This document shows positions 41,407-50,521 of a stretch of 64,000 bases of DNA, in pieces. Below the pieces are notes generated by a model. The model saw only the letters and a list, made by a program, of their open reading frames with translations, was not told where the DNA came from and ran no database searches. Each line of letters starts with the position of its first letter. Position 1 is the first letter of the stretch. The DNA lies in NCBI GenBank assembly GCA_963704885.1, contig CAVPIB010000001.1, positions 32,001 through 96,000 on the forward strand. Reading direction: 5' to 3'. Both the position numbers and the translations under genes were made by a program. Source of the DNA: an uncultured Actinomycetes bacterium. GTDB taxonomy: Bacteria; Actinomycetota; UBA4738; HRBIN12.

Positions 41407-42954
41407 TCAGGCCAGACCGTGCTCGAACGCGAACGCCGTAGCGGCCGCACGGGATGAGACGTCGAGCTTCGCGAAGATGTTCTGCAGGTGCCGGGCGACG
41501 GTGTGTTCGCTGATCACCAGTTCCACGGCGATGTCGCGGTTCGTGCGCCCCGTGGCCACGAGGCGGAGCACTTCCGCCTCACGCGCCGTGAGCCCGCGCG
41601 GCAGATCCGAAGGATTAGCCAGGAGCTCGCGGACCGTCGTGGCGTCGGGCACCGCGCCCAGTCGTTCGAACGCTGACAGCGCCGCACGGAGCTCCATCGC
41701 CGCGTCGTCATCGTCGCCGGCGGCCCGCAGGGCCAGTCCGTAGGCCTTCCGAGCCAGCGCGGCCTCGTACGGGAGCCTGAGTTCCTGCCAGACGGTGCAT
41801 GCATGCCGCAACCGTTCGATCGCCCCTTGCACGTCGCCCTCGACCAGACGGAGCGTCCCTCGAGCCGCGGCAGCGGCCGCGTCCAGGGCCGGCACCTTCG
41901 CCTCAGCGGCGATCGCTTCGAGCTCGGATACGGCCTGGCGCGCGACGTCGAGGTCACTCATGGAGCTCGCGATGTCGACCTGTGCGGCAAGGAGCCGCGC
42001 GCGTCTGGCTATCCCGTCCGTTCCGGCTTCCAGCGAAACACGCAGCGCATGCAGCGCGGCGTCCGCCTTGCCTTGCGTCACGCGCAGGAGGGCAAGGCCG
42101 GGCTGGGGATCGAACCCGATCTCACGCGCGCGATCGAAGCACTCCCGCGCACCCTCGAGGTTTCCGATCCGGCGGCGGATCTCCCCTGCCTCGTACAGAG
42201 CTCGGCCGGCGATCATCGGGTCGTACACCACACCCTCGGCGACCATGGAGGCCTCGGTCTCCGCCTCTAACCACGCCCCGCGAAGGCCGGCGACCTCTGC
42301 GCGGTTGATCCGACAGAGCGCCGTGAATGGCGCATCCGGCGGCATGGTCGAGCACCAGGCAACGGCGGCGTCGCTCCACTCCCCGGCCCGACCGACGTCG
42401 GAGAGGCCTAGGCACGCCTCGAGGACACTGCAGTAGATAACCCCGGTGAAGTGCGAGCCCAGCTCGCCGGCGATCACGGAGATCATCGCCTCATCCAGGA
42501 GGGCCAACCCTGCACCGATCTGGCCGCCACCGATCGTGATGCGACCCTGCGCGTGGATTGACATCGCGGTCAGGTCTGGATCGCCGAAGCGCTGCCCGAT
42601 CTCCGTCGCGCTCTCCGCGAGCCGCAGCGCGGTCTCGTGCTCGCCCATCTCCAGCGCGACGTAGCCCTGCGCCATGGAGACGTAGCCGTGCTGAACGCAC
42701 GGTGCGACGTCCTGTAGATCGCGTTCCGCGCGCTTGAGCCAGCCCATCCCGATCGAGGGCTCGCCCCGATCGAAGTGTTCGAAGCAGAGGCGGACCGCGA
42801 CGGACGCGGCGGACGGACCATCACCCGCTGCCGAGTAGCCGGAGTGGGCGCGTTGGCGCAGGGCGAGCGCCTCGTCGAGCTCGCCGACCCACCACGCGGC
42901 ATCGGCCGCCCGCTCGAGTTCCGCGGGGTCGGTGGCGTCGGATCCATCGGACAT
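41407..42954 (-). CDS. TPR-like plus LuxR-HTH transcriptional regulator
   Basis: C-terminal LTAREAEVLRLVATGRTNRDIAVELVISEHTVARHLQNIFAKL. Confidence 0.92.
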   Translation of the reverse strand: MSDGSDATDPAELERAADAAWWVGELDEALALRQRAHSGYSAAGDGPSAASVAVRLCFEHFDRGEPSIGMGWLKRAERDLQDVAPCVQHGYVSMAQGYVALEMGEHETALRLAESATEIGQRFGDPDLTAMSIHAQGRITIGGGQIGAGLALLDEAMISVIAGELGSHFTGVIYCSVLEACLGLSDVGRAGEWSDAAVAWCSTMPPDAPFTALCRINRAEVAGLRGAWLEAETEASMVAEGVVYDPMIAGRALYEAGEIRRRIGNLEGARECFDRAREIGFDPQPGLALLRVTQGKADAALHALRVSLEAGTDGIARRARLLAAQVDIASSMSDLDVARQAVSELEAIAAEAKVPALDAAAAAARGTLRLVEGDVQGAIERLRHACTVWQELRLPYEAALARKAYGLALRAAGDDDDAAMELRAALSAFERLGAVPDATTVRELLANPSDLPRGLTAREAEVLRLVATGRTNRDIAVELVISEHTVARHLQNIFAKLDVSSRAAATAFAFEHGLA

Positions 42955-43059
42955 GGCTTCCGACCCTACCCGAGGGAGGCGGGACCGGTCGTCCGCTTGG
43001 CCCCTGCACGTGACGCGATCCGCGTTCAGGGTTCGGTTCTTCGGCCACCCGTTCGACCC

Positions 43060-43196
43060 GTCAACCGGTTGACACGAACGGGCGGGCGCCCCACCACCGG
43101 GTGTCCACAGATTCACACGTGCGACCTGCGGTTTCTCTTGTCAACATGTGGACGTCCGCCGTGGAAAGTCCATCGTCGTCGCGTCAACCGGTGGAC
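43060..43196. repeat. 137-bp four-palindrome intergenic element, copy 2
   Basis: Boxes at 43060, 43103 (degenerate), 43140 and 43183; same 43/37/43 spacing and GTGCGACCTGCGGTT core as copy 1. Confidence 0.9.
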
Positions 43197-43270
43197 ACCC
43201 GCCCCCTCGCACCACCTGCCGGGCCCCCGCTCCGACCGACTTCGCCGACCTGGCTGCTCGTCGGCCGCCG

Positions 43271-44152
43271 CTAAAGCTCGCGGAGGTACTGGGCGACGGC
43301 GCTCAGGTCGCGACCCGCGAACCCGGCCTCGAGCGCCAGGCCGACCGTCTCCCGGTTCTGGATCGCCTGATCCATCCGGGCGCCAACCTCCCGCGCGAGA
43401 TCGAGGATCAGATCGAGATCCTTCGCCATCAGCTCCAAGAGGAACGCGGGCGGCGTCTCATCGGGATGCTCGAACGCCGCTCGCTTGTACAGCACGAACG
43501 GCGCAGCGGCGGCGCCGGCGGCGAACACGTCGTACGCGGCGCTCCGATCGACCCCGGCCTTCTCGGCGAGCACGAGCGCCTCCGAGAGCCCGACGTCGAT
43601 CGCGTGGATCAGCGCGTTCACGGCGAGCTTGACGGTGGCTCCCGCGCCGAGCGCACCGACGTGGAATACATCGGCAGCGAGCGCGCCTAGGACGGGCCGC
43701 GCGCGCTCTAGCGCCGCGCCGTCGCCGCCCACCATGATCGTGAGCTTGCCCTTCTCCACCGCGGGCACGCTGCCCGAGACCGGAGCGTCGAGCAATGTCG
43801 CGCCCTGCTCTTGGACCAGCGACGCGACACGGCGAACCGTCGCGGGCGCGATCGTGCTCATCTCCAGGACGATCTGCCCTTCGTGCAGGCCGGCGAGGAC
43901 GCCGGCAGGCCCCTCGTACGTCTCGAGCACCGCCGCGTCGTCGGCCAAGCTCGAGATCACCACGTCCACTCCGGCTACCGCGTCCCCGGCGGTGTCCGCC
44001 ACTTCCGAGCCGGTGCGTTCGGCGACCTCCTGGGCGGCGGCGGCCGTTCGGTTCCACACGCGCACGGGGAACCCGGCTCGCCGGAGCGTCGCCGCCATCG
44101 CGCCACCCATGCGCCCCATACCGACGACGGCCACCGCCATCGGCGTCGTCAT
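43271..44152 (-). CDS. Beta-hydroxyacid (3-hydroxyisobutyrate-type) dehydrogenase family
   Basis: VGMGRMG, DAPVSGS, KLAVN and MAKDL. Confidence 0.92.
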   Translation of the reverse strand: MTTPMAVAVVGMGRMGGAMAATLRRAGFPVRVWNRTAAAAQEVAERTGSEVADTAGDAVAGVDVVISSLADDAAVLETYEGPAGVLAGLHEGQIVLEMSTIAPATVRRVASLVQEQGATLLDAPVSGSVPAVEKGKLTIMVGGDGAALERARPVLGALAADVFHVGALGAGATVKLAVNALIHAIDVGLSEALVLAEKAGVDRSAAYDVFAAGAAAAPFVLYKRAAFEHPDETPPAFLLELMAKDLDLILDLAREVGARMDQAIQNRETVGLALEAGFAGRDLSAVAQYLREL

Positions 44153-44850
44153 GTCAGCGACCAACCTCCGTCGATCCGCAGCTCCGTCCCGTGCATCGAC
44201 GGATTCTCCAGCAGGAACACGGCTGCGTCGGTCACGTCGCGCATCTCGACCAGACGTCCGGTTGGGGTCTTCGCGCGCGTTGCCTCGAGCGCCTCGGTCT
44301 TCGGCGCCCAGAACGGGCTGTCCGCCACGATCCCGGGATGCAGCGCGTTCACTCGGATCGGAGGGAGCTCCGCGGCCATCGTCCGGACCAGTCCGTCCAC
44401 CCCGTGGTTGATCGTCGTGATCGTCGTGGAGCCCGGATACGGGCGCAGCTTCGCGAGGCCCCCATAGATGACGATCGACGCGTCGGGCGTGAGCCGCCCG
44501 AGCAGCGCGTGGACCGTTTCGGTGTAGCCCACGAGCTTCAGGGTGACCAGGCGGATCGCCTTCACGACGTCGTAGTCGGCGACGCTGTTGAGGTCGCGGT
44601 CGAGGGCCGCCAGGGCGAGCCGGTCGACGGTGCCGATCCCCGCGAGCCCCGGGGCGATCGTCTCGGGCTCGGACAGGTCGAACGCCGCGCTTCCCACGTT
44701 CTCGCCCAGCTCCCGGGCGGCGGCGGCGGCACGCTCCGCGTCGCGGCCCGTTACGACGACCTGGCGCCCCGCCTCGGTGTAGTGCCGCGCGAGGTCACGC
44801 CCGAGCCCCTGGGTCCCGCCGATCACGACCACGGTTCGTTCGTCTGTCAT
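44149..44850 (-). CDS. Atypical short-chain dehydrogenase/reductase
   Basis: VIGGTQGLG and PIRVNALHPG; no canonical YxxxK motif. Confidence 0.85.
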   Translation of the reverse strand: MTDERTVVVIGGTQGLGRDLARHYTEAGRQVVVTGRDAERAAAAARELGENVGSAAFDLSEPETIAPGLAGIGTVDRLALAALDRDLNSVADYDVVKAIRLVTLKLVGYTETVHALLGRLTPDASIVIYGGLAKLRPYPGSTTITTINHGVDGLVRTMAAELPPIRVNALHPGIVADSPFWAPKTEALEATRAKTPTGRLVEMRDVTDAAVFLLENPSMHGTELRIDGGWSLT

Positions 44851-44861
44851 CGAGCCTCCAG

Positions 44862-45755
44862 TCATCCTTCGGATGTCGCCTGTCGCAGGTAGTCCCAATC
44901 CCGGGCGAACCGGTACGAGTGACGCGAAGGTGGTTGCGGGGCTTGGGTTTCGAGCCACCGCACCGCACCCGGTCCCGGGTTGTCGAACGAATGGACGCAG
45001 CCCACCCCCGCCCAGGCGATGTCGCCGACCTCCAGTCGATAGGCCTCGCCGTCGAACGCCGCGTCCACCGCTCCATCGAGGATCAGGTACGTCTCTTCGA
45101 ACGGGTGATCGTGTGCGCCCGCAAGCCCGCGAGGTTCGTACTGCACCATGAACATCGTGAGGCTCTCGGCCCCCAGCTCGCGATCGATCATCATCTTCAC
45201 CGTGATGCCGCTGTAGACGAGCAACGCCGTCCGCATGCTGGCCGAGACCGCGAGCATGTCCTGGGTCTGCTTGCCGACCTCCATGTTCTGCGGGTCGATG
45301 TGGCCGAACGAACGAGTACGAGGATCGCGCACGTCGATCGGCGCCGGGTCGCGGATGGGAAGCGCCGGCACCGGATACGTGTCGCCGGCGACGCGAGCCC
45401 GCTGCTGCGGCGCCCACATCGTCGCCCACCGAGCGGGCGCTTCCGACACGTTGCGGAGCCCGTGAGGCGCGCCGATCGACGTCACGCCATAGTCGCCCGC
45501 ACCGAGCAGGAACGCGCCGTCGGCGGTGTCCAGGACCACCTCGCCCTCCAGCACGAAGAGACTGTCCTCGAAGCTGTGAACGTGCGCCGGGATCGCGCCG
45601 CCGGGGGCCAGCTCGGCGATCGCGAACGTCGTGTGGACGGCCCCGGGCGTGTCCTCGTCCACCACGGACCACCGACGGAAGCCCGACGCGGTGGAACCCG
45701 GCGGGACGGCGAGATCGATCTCGCCACCCCGCCGGACCAGGTGACGGGAGCTCAT
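44862..45755 (-). CDS. Bicupin protein
   Basis: HVHSFEDSLFVLEG...PHGLRN and HDHPFEETYLILDG...VHSFDN. Confidence 0.88.
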   Translation of the reverse strand: MSSRHLVRRGGEIDLAVPPGSTASGFRRWSVVDEDTPGAVHTTFAIAELAPGGAIPAHVHSFEDSLFVLEGEVVLDTADGAFLLGAGDYGVTSIGAPHGLRNVSEAPARWATMWAPQQRARVAGDTYPVPALPIRDPAPIDVRDPRTRSFGHIDPQNMEVGKQTQDMLAVSASMRTALLVYSGITVKMMIDRELGAESLTMFMVQYEPRGLAGAHDHPFEETYLILDGAVDAAFDGEAYRLEVGDIAWAGVGCVHSFDNPGPGAVRWLETQAPQPPSRHSYRFARDWDYLRQATSEG

Positions 45756-47116
45756 GATCCCGCCGACTCTTGCTTCTTCTTGGCGAGCGCCTCCAACAGG
45801 TAGGCGCTCGATGTCTCGACCCTCTTCCGCGCGGAGTCCCAATCCCCCGTGAGCTTGCCGTCCCGCTTGCGGGTGGCGCCCCCGACGATCACGGTGTCGA
45901 CGTTGGAGGTGTCGGCAGCGAGCACCACCGTCCCGACCGGGTCGATCACGGGAGCCGTCCCGGGAGCGGTCCCGTCGATCACGACCACATCGGCCTGCTT
46001 GCCCGGCGTCAGCGAACCGACCCGATCCTCGAGCCCGGCAACATGCGCGCCGTCGAGAGTCGCCATCGTGAGCATGTCGCGCGCTGTGAGCGCGTTCGAA
46101 GGCAACGGGTCCTCGCTCTCCCAGACGGAATCGTTCGACCTCCAACGCTCCTCGGCGAAGGCGCACCGCATCTCGGTGAACATGTCGCCGGGCACCGTGG
46201 TCACGACGTCGATCGACAGGCTAGGGCGCAGCCCGACGGCCTTCGCCTTCATGAACGGCGGCCAGCCGTGGCCCATCTGCATCTCCACCTGAGGAGCGAT
46301 CGAGATCGTGCCTTTGCTCTTGGCCACGAGTTCCCATTCCTCATCGGTGAAGTAGCAGCAGTGGATGTAGGTGGTATCCGCGCCGAGCAAGCCCAGCCCG
46401 TCGAGTTGCTTGACCATCCCCCACTTGCCGGCGAGCTTCCCCATCGCGATGTGCACCGTGATCGGGATGCCCAGATCGCGGGCCATCCCCCACTCAGCCT
46501 TCACGACGTCGTCTTGGCAGAACCCGGGACCACGCGTCGCGAGGCCCATCGTGAGCAGCCCGTCGTTGGAGGAGAAGTAGGTCGAGTGGATCCGCTCAAC
46601 GTCGTCACGCGGGATCACGATCGAGCTGTTGAACCAGTAGTCGGCGAGCGAAGTGTTGGCGCTGCCGTAGGCGTAGAGCGCGCGGATCCCGGCTTCCTTC
46701 AGGCCCTGGATCGCCGCGTCCGGATGATCGGGCGTGTTGTTGATGTGCGACCAATCGACGAGCGTCGTGATGCCGGCGTTCAGGCACTCCATCGCGCCCG
46801 CCAGGTCGCTCGCGTAGACGTCCTCGGGCCGGTACAGCGGAGCGAAGCTGTCGAGCACCTCGACGAAGTAGTCGTCCAGCGTGGCGTTCGGCGCGCAGCT
46901 GCGGATCGCCGCCTCCCACGTGTGACGATGCGTGTCCACGAACCCGGGGATCACGATGCTCCCCGTGCAGTCGATCACCTGCGCGTCGGCTGAGATGTCC
47001 TTGCCGACCTGCGCGATGGTGTCTCCCTCGATCAGGACGTCGCCTCCCGCGATGTCACCCAACCCGGGGTCGACCGTGAGCACATGACCCCCTCGCAACA
47101 AGATCCGATCCGCCAT
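45752..47116 (-). CDS. Amidohydrolase family (SsnA/MtaD-like), paralog 3
   Basis: PGFVDTHRH, TVH, YIHC, LSIDV and LTPGKQAD. Confidence 0.92.
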   Translation of the reverse strand: MADRILLRGGHVLTVDPGLGDIAGGDVLIEGDTIAQVGKDISADAQVIDCTGSIVIPGFVDTHRHTWEAAIRSCAPNATLDDYFVEVLDSFAPLYRPEDVYASDLAGAMECLNAGITTLVDWSHINNTPDHPDAAIQGLKEAGIRALYAYGSANTSLADYWFNSSIVIPRDDVERIHSTYFSSNDGLLTMGLATRGPGFCQDDVVKAEWGMARDLGIPITVHIAMGKLAGKWGMVKQLDGLGLLGADTTYIHCCYFTDEEWELVAKSKGTISIAPQVEMQMGHGWPPFMKAKAVGLRPSLSIDVVTTVPGDMFTEMRCAFAEERWRSNDSVWESEDPLPSNALTARDMLTMATLDGAHVAGLEDRVGSLTPGKQADVVVIDGTAPGTAPVIDPVGTVVLAADTSNVDTVIVGGATRKRDGKLTGDWDSARKRVETSSAYLLEALAKKKQESAGS

Positions 47117-47149
47117 CTCTTCCCCCTCCTCCCCTCGATCCCTGTCGGC

Positions 47150-48124
47150 TCACTTCACGGCGCGCAGGACGCCCTCGACGATCCGATCGACGGACGGGAT
47201 CGCGGCATCCTCGAGCACGTCGGCGGATGGCAGCGGCAGGTGCGGCGTCGTCACGCGAACGATAGGTCCGTCGAGCGCGAAGAATCCTTCCTCCGCAACG
47301 ATCGACGAGATCTCCGCGCCCCAGCCGCATAGACGCGGATTCTCCTCGACCGTGACGAGGTGGCTGGTCCTGCCCACGGAGTCCAAGATCGTGCTTACGT
47401 CGAGCGGCACCAGTGAACGGACGTCGATCACCTCGACCGACACGCCGTCACCGTCCAGCCGATCGGCCGCATCCAGCGCCTTCGGGACCATCGCGCCCAG
47501 CGCGCAGATCGTGACGTCGCCACCGGAACGGAGCACCCGAGCGGTCCCGAGACTATCCACGATCTCTCCGTCGGGAACATCACCCTTCGTCGAGTAGAGC
47601 ACCTTCGGCTCGATGACGATCACGGGATCCGGGTCACGGACCGCCGCGGCGAACAACCCGATCATGTCGACCGGTGTGGATGGGACCACTACCTTCAGGC
47701 CCGGGATCGCCATCATCCAGGACTCCACGCTCTGGGAGTGCTGCGCGCCGAACCGCACGCCGCCGCCGTTCGCGGTCCGGATCACGAGCGGCAGGGCGAC
47801 CTGTCCGTTCGTCATATAGCGGGTCTTCGCGATCTGGTTAGCCACGATGTCCCAGCAGACGGCGAAGAAGTCGCTGAACATCAGCTCGGCGATCGGGCGC
47901 AGACCGTTCATGGCCGCTCCCATCGCCGCGCCGATGATGGCCTGCTCGCTGATCGGTGTGTCGCGCACCCGCTCGGGGCCGAACCGATCGAGCAACCCCT
48001 CGGTCGTCTTGAACACACCGCCTGCCGCCGCGATGTCCTCGCCTATGAAGTAGACGGTCGGGTCGTGCTCCATCTCCTGGGCGATAGCGCGCGCGACGGC
48101 CTCGCGGTAGGTCAGCTCCGCCAT
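47150..48124 (-). CDS. TPP-dependent dehydrogenase E1 beta subunit (acetoin/pyruvate DH-like)
   Basis: DTPISEQ, ELMFSDF and GAQHSQ. Confidence 0.93.
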   Translation of the reverse strand: MAELTYREAVARAIAQEMEHDPTVYFIGEDIAAAGGVFKTTEGLLDRFGPERVRDTPISEQAIIGAAMGAAMNGLRPIAELMFSDFFAVCWDIVANQIAKTRYMTNGQVALPLVIRTANGGGVRFGAQHSQSVESWMMAIPGLKVVVPSTPVDMIGLFAAAVRDPDPVIVIEPKVLYSTKGDVPDGEIVDSLGTARVLRSGGDVTICALGAMVPKALDAADRLDGDGVSVEVIDVRSLVPLDVSTILDSVGRTSHLVTVEENPRLCGWGAEISSIVAEEGFFALDGPIVRVTTPHLPLPSADVLEDAAIPSVDRIVEGVLRAVK

Positions 48125-49110
48125 GCGGACCCCCCATCGGCCCACAGCTCGGTGTCGAGCGAGGCCGGGTCGGGCAGCGGCGCGGCCTTCGCTTCCTCGG
48201 TCGCGCGGTCTACGGCAGCAAGGACATCGACGTCGATCGCGTCAAGCACGCCGGCCTCCACGCCCTCGCCCACCAGGCGCTCGCGGTACATGGGGATGGG
48301 ATCCCGCCCCATCCACTCGGCGACCTCGTCGTCGGGCCGGTACTTCCCGGGATCGGCGCGCGAGTGGCCGCCGTGACGGTACGTCACGGCCTCAACCAGC
48401 GAAGGGCCCTCGCCCGCCCGAGCTCGATCGACGGCGCGCCGGGCCACCTCGTGCACCTCGTCTGGATCGTTGCCGTCGACGAGGATCGACTCCAGGCCGT
48501 AGGCGGAGGCCCGGTCGGCCGCCGGATGCTCCACCGCAGTAACGTCGCCGATCGCCGTGTACTCCATATATAGGTTGTTCTCGCAGACGTAGACGACCGG
48601 CAGGTTCCAGACCACCGCCAGGTTCAGCGCCTCGTGGAACGCACCGATGTTCGTGGTCCCGTCGCCGAAGAAACAGACCGCGACCTGTCCGGTGCCGCGG
48701 GCTTGCGCCGCCCAAGCCGCCCCCGCCGCGATGGGCATGTGCGCGCCGACGATCGCGTAGGACCCCATCGCGCCGTGCTCGACGTCGGTCAGGTGCATCG
48801 ACCCGCCCTTGCCGCCGCACACGCCGGTCCCTCGGCCCATGAGCTCGGCCATGAGGCCGCCCATCGGCGCCCCGCGAAGCAGCGTGTGAACGTGGCCGCG
48901 GTACGTGCAGAACACCAGGTCCTTCGGCTCCAGGGCGGCGGCGAACCCGGCGGCGACAGCCTCCTGGCCCAGACCCAGGTGCGAGGTCCCCTTGACCAGG
49001 CCCTCTAGGAACAGGTCGTGCGCCCGCTTCTCGAACAGGCGCCCTTCCTGCATCTTCCGGTAGATGTCGAGCCGGACCTCCAGGCCCGGCACCGTCGCCG
49101 TCTCAGTCAT
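48112..49110 (-). CDS. TPP-dependent dehydrogenase E1 alpha subunit
   Basis: GQEAV, TYRGH, GKGGSMH, FFGDG...ENN and YRHGGHSRAD. Confidence 0.93.
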   Translation of the reverse strand: MTETATVPGLEVRLDIYRKMQEGRLFEKRAHDLFLEGLVKGTSHLGLGQEAVAAGFAAALEPKDLVFCTYRGHVHTLLRGAPMGGLMAELMGRGTGVCGGKGGSMHLTDVEHGAMGSYAIVGAHMPIAAGAAWAAQARGTGQVAVCFFGDGTTNIGAFHEALNLAVVWNLPVVYVCENNLYMEYTAIGDVTAVEHPAADRASAYGLESILVDGNDPDEVHEVARRAVDRARAGEGPSLVEAVTYRHGGHSRADPGKYRPDDEVAEWMGRDPIPMYRERLVGEGVEAGVLDAIDVDVLAAVDRATEEAKAAPLPDPASLDTELWADGGSAWRS

Positions 49111-49141
49111 CGTCCTCCTCGGCGTTCGTCAGCGACCATGC

Positions 49142-50401
49142 TCAGTACTCGTTCGCGACCATGAGCTCTTCGCACGGGAACAGCGTGATCACGCGGCAGC
49201 CGTCCGGGGTGACGACGACCTCTTCCTCGATCCGCGCAGCCGAGCGTCCGTCCGTGGCCGGACAGTACGTCTCCAGCGCGAACAGCATCCCTTCCTTGAT
49301 CTCCAGGGGATCCACGAAGGAATTCAGACGCGTGATGATCGGGCGCTCGTGCAGGCTGACCCCGACCCCATGGCCGAACTGAAGCCCGAACGCGTCCATC
49401 TCGTCTTGGAACCCGAACTCCTCGGCCCTGGGCCACACGGCCGCGATCTGGTCCGTCGAGACCCCCGGCTTGACGAGGTCGATGGCGGCGTCCATCCATT
49501 CGCGCGAGCGCTTGAACGCGTCGCGCTGCGCCGTGGTGGCGCGACCGACGACGAACGTCCGGTAATAGCAGGTCCGGTATCCGTTGAAGACGTGGATGAT
49601 GTCGAAGTACGCCTGATCGCCGGGACGGATCAGCCGGTCGGTGAAGACGTGCGGGTGCGGGCTGCACCGCTCGCCGGCGATCGAGTTGATCGCCTCCACG
49701 AACTCCGACCCCATCTCGAACAGGCGCGCATGCGCGAGGGCCACGATGTCGCTCTCGCGGACCCCCGGCTTCAGGGCCTCGAAGATGTCCTGATAGACCC
49801 CGTCGACCATCGCGCAAGCCTGCGTCAACAACATGATCTCGTCCTGGCTCTTGATCTCACGCGCATCGGCCATCACCTGCTGGCCGTCGCGCACAACGAT
49901 CCCGGCGTTCGCGAGCTCGAGGAAGATCGACGTCTCGGCGACGTCCACACCGAGCGGCATGTCGCCCACACCCTCTTCGACCATGATCGAGTGGATCTCC
50001 TGCACGGCGCGCGCTTGCAGGCCGACGCGCGGGTGGATCGCACCCTGGAGCCCGGTGTTGCCGGCGACCGAGTTCGTCTCGTCGTACAGGTGGGGCAGCT
50101 GCAGCCGGTGCGCCTTCGCCGCGGATCCGAAGTCGAATATCCGTGGCCGTCCCGTCCGCGTGAGGAGCGCGTAGCGTTCGCCCTTGTTGAAAGCCCAGTA
50201 GCCGATCTGCGTTGCCGTTACGTAGCGGATGTTGCTCGTGTCGAACAGGAGGAGCGCGCCCAGGTCGGAGGCCTCGAGCGCCTCACGAGTGCGCTTCAGC
50301 CGGTACGTTCGGAGCCGCTCGAAGTCGACGCGGACCTCCCAGTCGACGCCGGCGATGCCGGGAGCGGGGGTGGTCGCGACCGGGAACCCGTTCGTCGTCA
50401 T
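49142..50401 (-). CDS. M24 (pita-bread; Xaa-Pro peptidase/creatinase-like) hydrolase
   Basis: SNIRYVT, AREIKSQDEI, GYRTCYYRT, GHGVGVSLHE, ALE and RIEE. Confidence 0.9.
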   Translation of the reverse strand: MTTNGFPVATTPAPGIAGVDWEVRVDFERLRTYRLKRTREALEASDLGALLLFDTSNIRYVTATQIGYWAFNKGERYALLTRTGRPRIFDFGSAAKAHRLQLPHLYDETNSVAGNTGLQGAIHPRVGLQARAVQEIHSIMVEEGVGDMPLGVDVAETSIFLELANAGIVVRDGQQVMADAREIKSQDEIMLLTQACAMVDGVYQDIFEALKPGVRESDIVALAHARLFEMGSEFVEAINSIAGERCSPHPHVFTDRLIRPGDQAYFDIIHVFNGYRTCYYRTFVVGRATTAQRDAFKRSREWMDAAIDLVKPGVSTDQIAAVWPRAEEFGFQDEMDAFGLQFGHGVGVSLHERPIITRLNSFVDPLEIKEGMLFALETYCPATDGRSAARIEEEVVVTPDGCRVITLFPCEELMVANEY

Positions 50402-50443
50402 CGGCCTGCCCTCCTCGACCCTTGGGAGCGGTGACCACCCTCT

Positions 50444-50460
50444 TGACAGCCCCACTGTAC
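50444..50460 (-). promoter_or_regulatory. Internal promoter/operator: CAG-N5-CTG box overlapping a TACAGT -10
   Basis: TGACAGCCCCACTGTAC resembles the boxes at 58342-58452. Confidence 0.45.
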
Positions 50461-50521
50461 GGGTCGGTCGCGAAGTGCATCCACGGTGTCCAGTCCCGCT
50501 TGTCTCATGACGTTCTCCTCC

